Source: an uncultured Acidimicrobiaceae bacterium (GTDB lineage: Bacteria > Actinomycetota > Acidimicrobiia > Acidimicrobiales > RAAP-2). From it: 64,000 nucleotides of DNA. The notes under the pieces were generated by a model. It saw only the letters and a list, made by a program, of their open reading frames with translations, searched no databases and was not told the DNA's origin. This document shows, in pieces, positions 21,114 to 29,840 of the stretch (the first letter of the stretch is position 1; each line of letters begins with the position of its first letter). The position numbers and the translations under genes were made by a program. Location: contig CAVYKO010000009.1 of NCBI GenBank assembly GCA_963769095.1, positions 15,510 to 79,509 on the forward strand, in the 5' to 3' direction.

Positions 21114-21566
21114 ATGCGCACCGGCGAAACCGTCCCCGACTTCGAGCTCCCCGATCAGACGGGCACGCCCCGCAAGCTGAGCGAGTTCCTCGCCAGCGGA
21201 CCGGTCGTGCTGTTCTTCTACCCGGCGGCCATGACGTACGGCTGCACGAAGGAGAGCTGCCACTTCCGCGACCTGCAGGCCGAGTTCGCCGCCGTCGGCG
21301 CGCAACCCGTCGGCATCAGCGCCGACAAAGTCGAGAAGCAGAAGCAGTTCGACGAGAAGGAGTCGCTCGGCCTCCCGCTGCTGTCCGACTCCGACCGCAC
21401 CGTCGCCACCGAGCTCGGCGTCAAGCGCGGCTTCGGGCCGAACAAGCGCACCACGTTCGTCATCGACACCGACCGCACGGTCCTCGACGTGATCCACAGC
21501 GAGATCTCCATGAACTCGCACGCCGACAAGGCGCTCGCCGTCCTCAAGGCGCGCCCCGCTGCCTGA
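21114..21566 (+). CDS. bcp: Peroxiredoxin, Bcp/PrxQ type
   Basis: ORF 21114..21566. FYPAAMTYGCTKESC peroxidatic Cys context and AhpC/TSA-fold length. Confidence 0.85.
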   Translation: MRTGETVPDFELPDQTGTPRKLSEFLASGPVVLFFYPAAMTYGCTKESCHFRDLQAEFAAVGAQPVGISADKVEKQKQFDEKESLGLPLLSDSDRTVATELGVKRGFGPNKRTTFVIDTDRTVLDVIHSEISMNSHADKALAVLKARPAA

Positions 21567-22386
21567 CGCCAAGGTCGCCGTCGTCACCGGCGCCGCCTCT
21601 GGCATCGGCCGCGCCACCGCCGCCAGACTCGGCGCGGCGGGCTTCCGCGTCATCGGCATCGACCGGACGGACACCGTCGACGTCACCGCCGACCTCGCCT
21701 CCCCGTCGGAGCGCCGGCGCGCCGTGGACGAGGCGAAGGGTCTGGCGGACGGGCCGCTGGCCGCCGTGGTGACCTGCGCCGGCCTGGCGGGGTCGCCCGA
21801 CAGGGTGGGCTCCCTCTTGTCGTCGGTGAACTACTTCGGCACGGTCGAGGTGCTCGAGGGCCTGCGCCCGCTGCTCCGACCGGGCAGCGCGGCGGTCGCC
21901 ATCAGCTCGAACTCGACGACGGTGCAGCCGGACATCCCGCTCGCGCTGACGCAGGCCTGTCTCGAGGGCGACGAGGCCCGGGCCGCCACCGTGGCCGACG
22001 AGGGCACCTCAATGGGCGCGTACGCCGCCACGAAGATCGCCGTCGCCCACTGGGTGCGCGCGCACGCCACCCGGCCGGAATGGGCCGGCGCCGGCGTGCG
22101 GCTCAACGCGGTGGCGCCGGGGTTGATCGAGACGCCGATGGTCGCGGCGATGCGGGCCGACGAGCGCACCGGGCCCATGCTCGACATGCTGCCGATCCCG
22201 CTCGGGCGGGGGGGACGGCCCGAGGAGATCGCCGCGCTGGTCGAGTTCCTCGTCGGCCCCGACAGCACGTTCTTCTGCGGTTCGGTCGTCTTCTGCGACG
22301 GCGGCAGCGACGCGTTGCTGCGCACGCGGGACTGGCCGGCGGCCTGGGACATCTCGGGGCGCGACTTCACCCGTCACGCCGACTGA
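21559..22386 (+). CDS. Short-chain dehydrogenase/reductase
   Basis: ORF 21724..22386 extended upstream in frame. The Rossmann motif KVAVVTGAASGIGRA (21571 onward) lies upstream of the first ATG/GTG. YAATK is the catalytic YxxxK. Only a CTG (21559) is available as a start, so an undetected indel is possible. Confidence 0.75.
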   Translation: MPDAKVAVVTGAASGIGRATAARLGAAGFRVIGIDRTDTVDVTADLASPSERRRAVDEAKGLADGPLAAVVTCAGLAGSPDRVGSLLSSVNYFGTVEVLEGLRPLLRPGSAAVAISSNSTTVQPDIPLALTQACLEGDEARAATVADEGTSMGAYAATKIAVAHWVRAHATRPEWAGAGVRLNAVAPGLIETPMVAAMRADERTGPMLDMLPIPLGRGGRPEEIAALVEFLVGPDSTFFCGSVVFCDGGSDALLRTRDWPAAWDISGRDFTRHAD

Positions 22387-22409
22387 CGACGCCTTTCTAG
22401 GCTGCGGGG

Positions 22410-23659
22410 ATGCCGGGTCGGATCCTCGTCGACACGACCCCGCTGCGGGAGAGCCGCGACTTCCGGCTCCTCTTCAGCGGCCAGCTCGTCTCCATGCTGG
22501 GACGCAGCTCACGGTCGTCGCCATCCCGTACCAGGTCTATTCGATGACGCACTCGTCGCTGCAGGTCGGCGCCATCAGCCTGGCGCAGCTGTTCCCCTTC
22601 CTCGCCGGCGCGCTGTCGGCCGGTCCCATCGGCGACGCGGTGGACCGCCGGCCCATCCTGATCTGGACCGGCGTCGCCGGGGCGGTGACGAGCGCCGCGC
22701 TGGCGGTCAACGCCGCGGTGCCCCACCCCTCTCTCGTGGCGCTCTATCTGATCAGCGCGCTGGCGGCGGGGTTCTACGGCTTCTCCAGCACGGCCCGTTC
22801 GGCCTCGGTCCCCGGCATGGTCGAGCGGCGACTGCTGCCGGCGGCCTTCGCCATGTTGCAGATCGAATTCCAGATCGGGACGATCGTCGGTCCCGCGCTG
22901 TCGGGCATCTTGCTGCTGATCGGGCTCCGGCTCGTCTACGCGCTCGACGCGGTCTCCTTCGTCGCCGCCGTGATCATGACCGTGATGCTCCATCCGATCC
23001 CGCCCGCCCACGACGCCGGCGGCATGTCGATCTGGCAGTCGACCAAGGAGGGCTTGCACTATCTGCGGTCACGCCAGGCCCTGCAGGGCGTCTACCTCAT
23101 CGACATCAACGCGATGGTGTTCGGCATGCCCCGGGCCCTGTTCCCCGCCATGGCGGCGACGATCTTCCACGGAGGGACCGTCGCGTTGGGGTTCCTCTAC
23201 GCGGCGCCGGGGGTCGGCGCGCTGCTCGGGGCGTTGACCACCGGGTGGGTCACGCACCTGCGACGACAGGGCTGGACGGTGATCATCGCGGTGACCTTCT
23301 GGGGCGTGGCGATCGCGCTGTTCGGGTTCACCGACACGCTGTGGGTCGCGCTGGCGCTGCTGGCGGTGGCGGGTTGGGCCGATGTGATCTCGGCCGTGGT
23401 GCGCAACACGATCTTGCAGACGTCGATCCCCGAACGCTTCCGGAGCCGCATGTCGTCGATCCAGATGGCCGTCGTCCAGGGTGGCCCACGACTGGGTGAC
23501 CTGGAGTCCGGGGTGGTGGCGACGGCGACCAGCGTCGAGTTCGCCGTGGTCTCCGGTGGCCTGGCCTGCATCGCCGGCGCCGCGATCATCGGCGCGCTGA
23601 TGCCGGTGTTCCGACGACACGTCGCGGTCGCGGGTGAGGTCGACGACCTCCCCGTATGA
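22410..23659 (+). CDS. MFS transporter (apparent frameshift near 22500)
   Basis: ATG 22410 gives MPGRILVDTTPLRESRDFRLLFSGQLVSMLG. One base then appears to be missing, and TQLTVVAIPYQVYSMTHSSLQVG... continues as ORF 22544..23659. It has 12 predicted helices. Confidence 0.8.
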
Positions 23660-23668
23660 TCCGACGGC

Positions 23669-24442
23669 GTGACCGGCACCTCGTATGACGAACCTACGTG
23701 GGGCGAGGTGGAGGCGGGCGTGCTCTCCCGGATCGTCGTCGTCTCGCCGCACTTCGACGACGCGGCCATGGGCGCCGGCCACCTGATCGCCAGCTACGAC
23801 GACACGACGGTGGTCACCGTGTTGGGGGGCCGCCCTCCGGCCTATCCGGACGAGCCGAGCGAGTGGGACGCGCTCGGCGGGTTCGTGGCCGGCGACGACG
23901 TGGTGGCGGTGCGGCGGCAGGAGGACGTCGCCGCGATGGCCGTCCTGGAGTCGGCGTACCGGTGGCTGGACTTCGCCGACCATCAGTATCTGGCCGTCGA
24001 GGAGCGTCCGACGGCGGCCGACGTCGCTCCCGTCCTCGGCGCCGCCATCGCGGACATCGATCCGACCGCGGTCTTCTTCCCGATGGGCCTGGCCAACCCC
24101 GATCACGACATGACGCACGACGCGTGCCTGCTCGTGCAGGCGGAGCAGCCGTCGCGGACGTGGTTCTGCTACGAGGACCACGGCTACAAGCATCTGCCCG
24201 GGCTCTTGGCGTGGCGGGTTGCCAAGCTGTTGCGCTCGCCGTTGTGGCCGACCCCGGCCATCGTCCCCCACGAACCGGACGAGGCGCGCAAGCGCCGGGC
24301 CATCTGGTGCTACACGTCCCAGATCGCTCCGCTGGAGCGTGACCACGCCCTGACGGCGCGCATGGAGGGGCGGGTGCCCGAGCAGTTCTGGCGTTTGGCG
24401 CCGCCGCCCCAGGGCTGGGAGGCGCTGGCCGACCTCATCTGA
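23669..24442 (+). CDS. PIG-L/LmbE-family deacetylase
   Basis: ORF 23669..24442. VVVSPHFDDAAMGAG (PHxDD metal motif) and NPDHDMTHDA as the second His motif. Confidence 0.75.
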   Translation: MTGTSYDEPTWGEVEAGVLSRIVVVSPHFDDAAMGAGHLIASYDDTTVVTVLGGRPPAYPDEPSEWDALGGFVAGDDVVAVRRQEDVAAMAVLESAYRWLDFADHQYLAVEERPTAADVAPVLGAAIADIDPTAVFFPMGLANPDHDMTHDACLLVQAEQPSRTWFCYEDHGYKHLPGLLAWRVAKLLRSPLWPTPAIVPHEPDEARKRRAIWCYTSQIAPLERDHALTARMEGRVPEQFWRLAPPPQGWEALADLI

Positions 24443-24755
24443 CGACGTCGGTCGGTGGCAATCCCCGCTGCACCCGGCGTCCGCCCCGAGGAGAGGTCCT
24501 TCTGCCCTACCGCCTGCGGCGTCCGCGACGTCACGATCGTGGAGTGGTCATGTACACCGACCCTCTTCACGGGCCCTTGGCAAGGAACGTGCCAGACCTG
24601 CTTCTGGCCGACCTCGTACACTCCCGGGCCAGGCTTTGCGCAGCGGAAGACACCGCAACTCCCTGCTGACGAATCCTGGCCCGGGAGCTGTCGTTCCGGT
24701 CACGACCGGGCCCACCCTCGGGTCGCCCAACCGCACCGTCGCTAGAGTCGACCAC

Positions 24756-25772
24756 GTGCCCGGGGACGACGAGCGCATCGTGCAGGTCGACGGGCGCGAG
24801 GTGCGCGTCAGCCGGCCCGACAAGGTGTACTTCCCCGCCCTCGAGGCGACGAAGTTCGACCTCGTCTCGTACTACCTCGATATCGGTGAGCATCTGCTCA
24901 ACACCGCGGGCGGACGGCCGGCCCTGTTGCAACGCTTCCCCGACGGCGCCACGGGCAAGTCGTTCTTCCAAAAGCGGATCCCGTCGGGCGCGCCCGACTG
25001 GCTGGAGTCGACGATCGTCTCGACACCCAACGGCACGACGTCCAATGCGCTGGTCGTCGCCGACGTGTCCCACGTCGTGTGGGCGGTCAACTTCGGCTGC
25101 CTGGGGCTGCACCTGTGGCCGTATCTGGCCGCCGACCCCGAGCACGCCGACGAGCTCCGCATCGACCTCGACCCCGTCAAGGGGATCGGCTTCGACGAGG
25201 TCCGTGAGGCCTCGTTGAAGGTCAAGGCGCTCCTCGACGAGTTGGGCCTGCGCAGCTACCCGAAGACGACCGGCAACAACGGGCTGCACGTCTACGTGCG
25301 GCTCGAGCCGCGCTGGGACTCGATCGCCGTGCGGGCCGCCGCGGTCGCCCTGGCCCGAGAGCTCGAGCGCCGGCACCCCGACGAGATCACCGCCAAATGG
25401 TGGAAGGAGGAGCGCGGCACCCGCGTCTTCGTCGACTTCAACCAGAACGCGCCCCACAAGACGGTGTTCGGTGCCTGGTTCGCCCGGCCGCGCACCGGGG
25501 GCCAGGTGTCCACCCCGCTCGCCTGGGACGAGGTCGAGACGGTGGCCCCCGACGACCTGACCATCCGCTCGGTCCCCGAGCTCGTGGCGCAGCGGGGCGA
25601 TCCCTGGGCGGACATCGCCGCGTCACCCCAGTCCCTCGAGCCGCTCCTCGCCCTGGCCGAGCGGGACAGAGAGGCCGGACTGCACGACGCGCCCTGGCCC
25701 CCGCAGTACCCCAAGATGCCCGACGAACCGCCCCGGGTCGCGCCGAGCCGGGCCAAGAAGGAAAAGGCGTAG
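24756..25772 (+). CDS. Stand-alone LigD-type polymerase/primase domain protein (PolDom / Prim-Pol)
   Basis: ORF 24636..25772 read from GTG 24756. VSRPDKVYFP, LQRFPDGATGKSFFQKR, ELRIDLDP, KTTGNNGLHVYV and VFVDFNQNA match the archaeo-eukaryotic-primase-like LigD Pol domain as I remember it. Confidence 0.85.
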   Translation: MPGDDERIVQVDGREVRVSRPDKVYFPALEATKFDLVSYYLDIGEHLLNTAGGRPALLQRFPDGATGKSFFQKRIPSGAPDWLESTIVSTPNGTTSNALVVADVSHVVWAVNFGCLGLHLWPYLAADPEHADELRIDLDPVKGIGFDEVREASLKVKALLDELGLRSYPKTTGNNGLHVYVRLEPRWDSIAVRAAAVALARELERRHPDEITAKWWKEERGTRVFVDFNQNAPHKTVFGAWFARPRTGGQVSTPLAWDEVETVAPDDLTIRSVPELVAQRGDPWADIAASPQSLEPLLALAERDREAGLHDAPWPPQYPKMPDEPPRVAPSRAKKEKA

Positions 25773-25779
25773 TGCGTAC

Positions 25780-26811
25780 GTGAAGCCCCTCGATGCGCTG
25801 AACCAGATCGCGTTCCGTCTCGAACGCAACGGGGCCGACACCTACAAGGTGCGGGCCTTTCGCCATGCCGCTCGGGCCATCAAGGAGATGCCCGACGACG
25901 AGCTCGAGGCGCTGGCCCAGGCGGGCCGGCTCCAGACGATCGAAGGCGTCGGCAAGTCGACGGCCCAGGCCATCGCCGAGGCGCTCGACGGCAAGGTCCC
26001 CGCGTACCTGACGAAGATCGACAAGGACCTGACGAAGGACGACCTCGTCGTCGACGGTGCCGCGGCCGAGCTCCTCCAGTCGCTCAAGGGCGACTGCCAC
26101 TCCCACTCCGACTGGTCCGACGGCGGCAGCCCCATCCTCGAAATGGCCGAGGCGGCCCGCGACCTCGGACGCGAGTACCTCGTCCTGACCGACCACAGCG
26201 CACGCCTGACCGTCGCCCACGGGCTCAACGAGGAGCGGCTGAGCGAGCAGCTCGACATCGTCCGCGACCTGAACGGGCAACTGGCCCCGTTCCGCATCCT
26301 CACGGGAATGGAGGTCGACATCTTGGAGGACGGCGCCCTCGACCTCGACCTGGACCTCCTGGGCGAACTCGACGTCGTCGTCGCCAGCGTCCACTCCAAG
26401 CTCCGCATGGACGAGCGGCAGATGACGGCACGCATGCTCGCCGCGATCGAGAGCCCGCACACGGACATCCTCGGTCATTGCACCGGCCGCCTCATCGTCG
26501 GACGCGGCCGGCCGCAGTCGACCTTCGACGCCGACGCCGTGTTCGGCGCGTGTGCCCGCACCGGGACCGCCGTCGAGATCAACTCACGCCCCGAGCGCCA
26601 GGACCCGCCGCCGGACCTGCTGCGCCTCGCCGTGGAGCTCGGATGCAGCTTCGCCATCGACACCGACGCCCACGCACCCGGGCAGCTCGAGTGGCTCGGT
26701 CGTGGCTGTCGCAACGCCGTCGCGGCCGACGTGCCGTTTGACCGCGTCGTCAACCGCTCGACGGCCGACGACCTGGTGGCGTGGGCGTCTTCGCACGTAG
26801 AGGCGGCATGA
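25780..26811 (+). CDS. PolX-like HhH N-terminal domain fused to a PHP phosphoesterase domain (no polymerase palm)
   Basis: ORF 25780..26811. The N-terminus IAFRLERNGADTYKVRAFRHAARAI...IEGVGKSTAQAI resembles the PolX 8-kDa/HhH part. The PHP motifs are GDCHSHSDWSDG, LTDHS, GMEVDI, SVHS, GHCTG and DTDAH. It lies 7 nt after PolDom and 4 nt before the ligase. Confidence 0.8.
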   Translation: MKPLDALNQIAFRLERNGADTYKVRAFRHAARAIKEMPDDELEALAQAGRLQTIEGVGKSTAQAIAEALDGKVPAYLTKIDKDLTKDDLVVDGAAAELLQSLKGDCHSHSDWSDGGSPILEMAEAARDLGREYLVLTDHSARLTVAHGLNEERLSEQLDIVRDLNGQLAPFRILTGMEVDILEDGALDLDLDLLGELDVVVASVHSKLRMDERQMTARMLAAIESPHTDILGHCTGRLIVGRGRPQSTFDADAVFGACARTGTAVEINSRPERQDPPPDLLRLAVELGCSFAIDTDAHAPGQLEWLGRGCRNAVAADVPFDRVVNRSTADDLVAWASSHVEAA

Positions 26812-26815
26812 CCCC

Positions 26816-27886
26816 ATGAAGCTCCCCGTCACGCCCCCGGTCTCGCCCATGCTGGCCAAGCTCACCCGGGATCTTCCCCGGGACCCGGGGTTGTACTACG
26901 AACCCAAATGGGACGGGTTCCGCTGCATCGTGTTCCACGACGGCGACGACGTGGAGCTCGGCAGCCGCAACGAGAAGCCGCTGACTCGATACTTTCCCGA
27001 GCTCGTCGACGCGCTCCGCCGCGAGCTCCCGGACCGGTGCGTCCTCGACGGCGAGATCGTCATCGCCGGCCCGACCGGCCTCGATTTCGACTCGTTGTCC
27101 CAGCGCATCCACCCGGCGGCCAAGCGGATCAACCAGCTCGCCGAGGCCACCCCGGCGTCGTTCGTCGCCTTCGACCTCCTCGCCCACGACGAGACCTCGT
27201 ATATGGAGACGCCCTATGCGCAGCGGCGCAAGGTGCTCGAGAAGCTGCTGAAGAAGGCCAAGCCGCCCATCCACCTGACCCCCGCCACCCAGGACCCCGA
27301 CGTGGCGTCCGATTGGTTCTCCCGCTTCGAGGGCGCCGGCCTCGATGGCGTCGTGGCCAAACCCGCGGACCTCCACTACCTGCCCGACAAGCGCGTCATG
27401 CTCAAGGTGAAGCACCAGCGCACGGCCGACTGCGTCGTGGCCGGCTTTCGCACCCACAAGGACGGCGAGGGTGTGGGCTCTCTTCTCCTCGGCCTGTTCG
27501 ATGACGCCGGCACGCTGCACCACGTCGGTGTCGCGTCGGGCTTCAGCGTCGCCCGCCGCCGCGAGCTCGTCGACGAGGTCAGGGCGTACCAAAAGAACGC
27601 CCTCAAGGACCACCCGTGGGCGGGCTGGGCCGAGGCCCAGGCGGAGGGCCGTGCCCCGGGCGCCATGAACCGGTGGAACGCCGGCAAGGACATGACCTGG
27701 GAGCCGCTGCGGCCCGAAGCGGTCTGCGAGGTGTCCTACGACCACCTGCAGGGAAACCGCTTCCGGCACGCCACGTCGCTCGTCCGCTGGCGTCCCGACC
27801 GCGAGCCCTCGTCGTGCACCTACGACCAGCTCGACTCGCCGGTGCCGATGGAGCTACGCGACGTCTTCGGAACGGCCCGCCACTGA
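26816..27886 (+). CDS. ligC: ATP-dependent DNA ligase (LigC-type, ligase domain only)
   Basis: ORF 26816..27886. Adenylation motif I EPKWDGFR, plus LDGEIV, FVAFDLL, GLDGVVAK and MLKVKHQRTAD, followed by an OB-fold part. Confidence 0.88.
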   Translation: MKLPVTPPVSPMLAKLTRDLPRDPGLYYEPKWDGFRCIVFHDGDDVELGSRNEKPLTRYFPELVDALRRELPDRCVLDGEIVIAGPTGLDFDSLSQRIHPAAKRINQLAEATPASFVAFDLLAHDETSYMETPYAQRRKVLEKLLKKAKPPIHLTPATQDPDVASDWFSRFEGAGLDGVVAKPADLHYLPDKRVMLKVKHQRTADCVVAGFRTHKDGEGVGSLLLGLFDDAGTLHHVGVASGFSVARRRELVDEVRAYQKNALKDHPWAGWAEAQAEGRAPGAMNRWNAGKDMTWEPLRPEAVCEVSYDHLQGNRFRHATSLVRWRPDREPSSCTYDQLDSPVPMELRDVFGTARH

Positions 27887-27990
27887 CCAGACAAAATTCG
27901 CGCCCGACCTACGGGCGGCGACCGTTCTCCGGCGTGCCCGCATCCGACCCCACACCCACTGTGCCGCCGCAGCTCAGCGACGTGGCCAAG

Positions 27991-29097
27991 ATGTCGAACC
28001 ACGAGATCATGGAGCTGGCCGCCGAGTCGGCTGGCCGCATGGCCTCCTTTGCGGGCCTCATCCTCCTGCTCACCGGCGAACTCGACCGCCGCGAAGGCTG
28101 GCGAGACGAGGGTGCCACCTCACTCGAAGCCTGGATGGTCGAGCGCCTCGGCGTGTCCGTTCCGACGGCCCGGTCGTTCGCCCACGTCGGCGAGCGCCTC
28201 TTCGACCTTCCTCGCTTGGCTGCCGGCCTTTCCTCGGGCCACCTCAGCTTCGACAAGGTCCGGGCGGTGGTCGACGCCGCCACGCCCGAGACAGACGGCG
28301 AGCTCAGGGAGCAGGCCGAGGCACACACCGTGCGCGAGCTGACCCACCTGGCCCGCTCTCGCAGGGAGGCCTCGGCCAACACGGCGCGTGCGGACTACGA
28401 GGCGCGGTCCCTGCGTTTCAACGAGACGTTTCGGACCGTGACGGCGCAACTCCCTGCCGAGACCTTCGCCGAAGTACGCGGGACCCTCGAGGCAACGGCT
28501 CGCCAGCTTCCCTCAGACGGCGAGACGCCTTGGGACCAACGACTGTGCGACGCCTTTGTCGGTGTGGTGCGCGGTTCTCGCGACTCCGGGGGCGCGGGGC
28601 CGGCGTTCACGGTCGTGGCGCACACGCCGCTGAACACGCTTCTCGACGAGACGTCCGATCTCCCGGGTGAGCTCGAGCGGGACGGCTTGATCAGCGCCGA
28701 CACCGTCCGGCGCCTCGCCTGTGACGCCACCGTCATTCTCGCCGTCGACGACGAGGTCGGTCACACCATGTACGAGGGCCGGGCGCAGCGGTACCCGACC
28801 CAGACCCAACGTCGTGAGCTCATGCGGCGCGACCGCCACTGCCGGTTCCCCGGTTGCGCCCATGCGACCTTCGTCAACCCCCACCACATCAAATGGTGGA
28901 AACCTCACGCCGGAACGACCGACTTACCGAATCTGGCCATGCTCTGTGAGCACCATCATCACCTCGTGCACTCCAAACAATGGACACTCTCGGGGAATGC
29001 CAACGAGGAGATCACGTTCATCGGACCGAGCGGCCGGGTCATGACCTCGCGCCCGTCGCCACTGTGGACGAACGTGACGCCACCCCCGCCCCACTAG
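27991..29097 (+). CDS. DUF222 / HNH endonuclease (REP13E12-like actinobacterial family)
   Basis: In-frame ATG 27991 inside ORF 27616..29097 (GTG 27961 is also possible). The N-terminal domain has the LEAWMVERLGVS and GLSSGHLSFDKVRAV signatures. The HNH part reads RRDRHCRFPGCAHATFVNPHHIKWW...LCEHHHHLVH. Confidence 0.85.
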   Translation: MSNHEIMELAAESAGRMASFAGLILLLTGELDRREGWRDEGATSLEAWMVERLGVSVPTARSFAHVGERLFDLPRLAAGLSSGHLSFDKVRAVVDAATPETDGELREQAEAHTVRELTHLARSRREASANTARADYEARSLRFNETFRTVTAQLPAETFAEVRGTLEATARQLPSDGETPWDQRLCDAFVGVVRGSRDSGGAGPAFTVVAHTPLNTLLDETSDLPGELERDGLISADTVRRLACDATVILAVDDEVGHTMYEGRAQRYPTQTQRRELMRRDRHCRFPGCAHATFVNPHHIKWWKPHAGTTDLPNLAMLCEHHHHLVHSKQWTLSGNANEEITFIGPSGRVMTSRPSPLWTNVTPPPPH

Positions 29098-29828
29098 TCG
29101 TCGAGCATCCCCGGATCCGCCGCCAGCTCGGCGCGGACGGCAGCCTCCCAAAAGCCGATGAAGCCTTCGCCGTCACTCTGCCCCACCAAGTCGATGAACG
29201 ACTGCGGGACGCGTGAGCTGTCACTGCCGCCGGCCGCCCGCGCATACCAGGCGTGCTGGCATCGCTGCTCGAGCGCAACCGCCCGTTGATGGACCGCCCT
29301 GGCTGAGCCGCCGACGACAAAGACCCCGTGCCCGGCTAACAGCGCCATCGACGCATCGCCCATCTGCTCGACGGCGCGGCGCGCACTGCTTGCGTCGTTG
29401 ACCGGGCCCTCGTACTCGTCGACCAGCGTCAACGTGCCGCCGCCGAGGGCCGAGCTCTGGTCGAGGATCGGCGGAACCTCGGCCAAGTCAGCCCACACGG
29501 TGCCGAAGAGCGGGTGGTTGTGCACCGCCCATCCAATGCCGGGACGTGCCCGGTGCAGCTCCAAATGCAGGGGGATCCCAAGAGGAGCCGGCCAGTCGCC
29601 CTCCAGGACGCGTCCATCCAGGTCGATTCGCAATACGTGGGACGGTCGCAGTTCGGCCCACGTCAGCAGCCAGGGATTGCAGAGCAGGGTGTCGTCGCCG
29701 AGATTGACCGTGATGTGCCCCGCCAGGTGGTCGTTGTAGCCCTCGCGCCACAGCGCCCGGGCGAGCACGACCAGCTCCTCGCGTGGTGTGAGATCTGGCA
29801 TCAGCTTCTCGGCCGTGGGCGTGAACAC
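29094..29828 (-). CDS. Class II aldolase/adducin-family protein
   Basis: ORF 29094..29828(-). GHITVN, His-rich metal ligands (LHLELHRARPGIGWAVHNHP) and LLAGHGVFVVG. Confidence 0.78.
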   Translation of the reverse strand: MFTPTAEKLMPDLTPREELVVLARALWREGYNDHLAGHITVNLGDDTLLCNPWLLTWAELRPSHVLRIDLDGRVLEGDWPAPLGIPLHLELHRARPGIGWAVHNHPLFGTVWADLAEVPPILDQSSALGGGTLTLVDEYEGPVNDASSARRAVEQMGDASMALLAGHGVFVVGGSARAVHQRAVALEQRCQHAWYARAAGGSDSSRVPQSFIDLVGQSDGEGFIGFWEAAVRAELAADPGMLDD

Positions 29829-29840
29829 GAGCAGTTCCTC

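Noticed and set aside
24443-27990. Ku gene or a full-length multidomain LigD next to PolDom/LigC
   Set aside because: No ORF with Ku-like features is present, and the three repair genes are clearly separate with their own starts and stops.
27991-29097. Calling the DUF222/HNH gene a mobile element
   Set aside because: I could find no flanking inverted or direct repeats, no transposase and no integrase. It is kept as a CDS, with only a note on possible plasticity.
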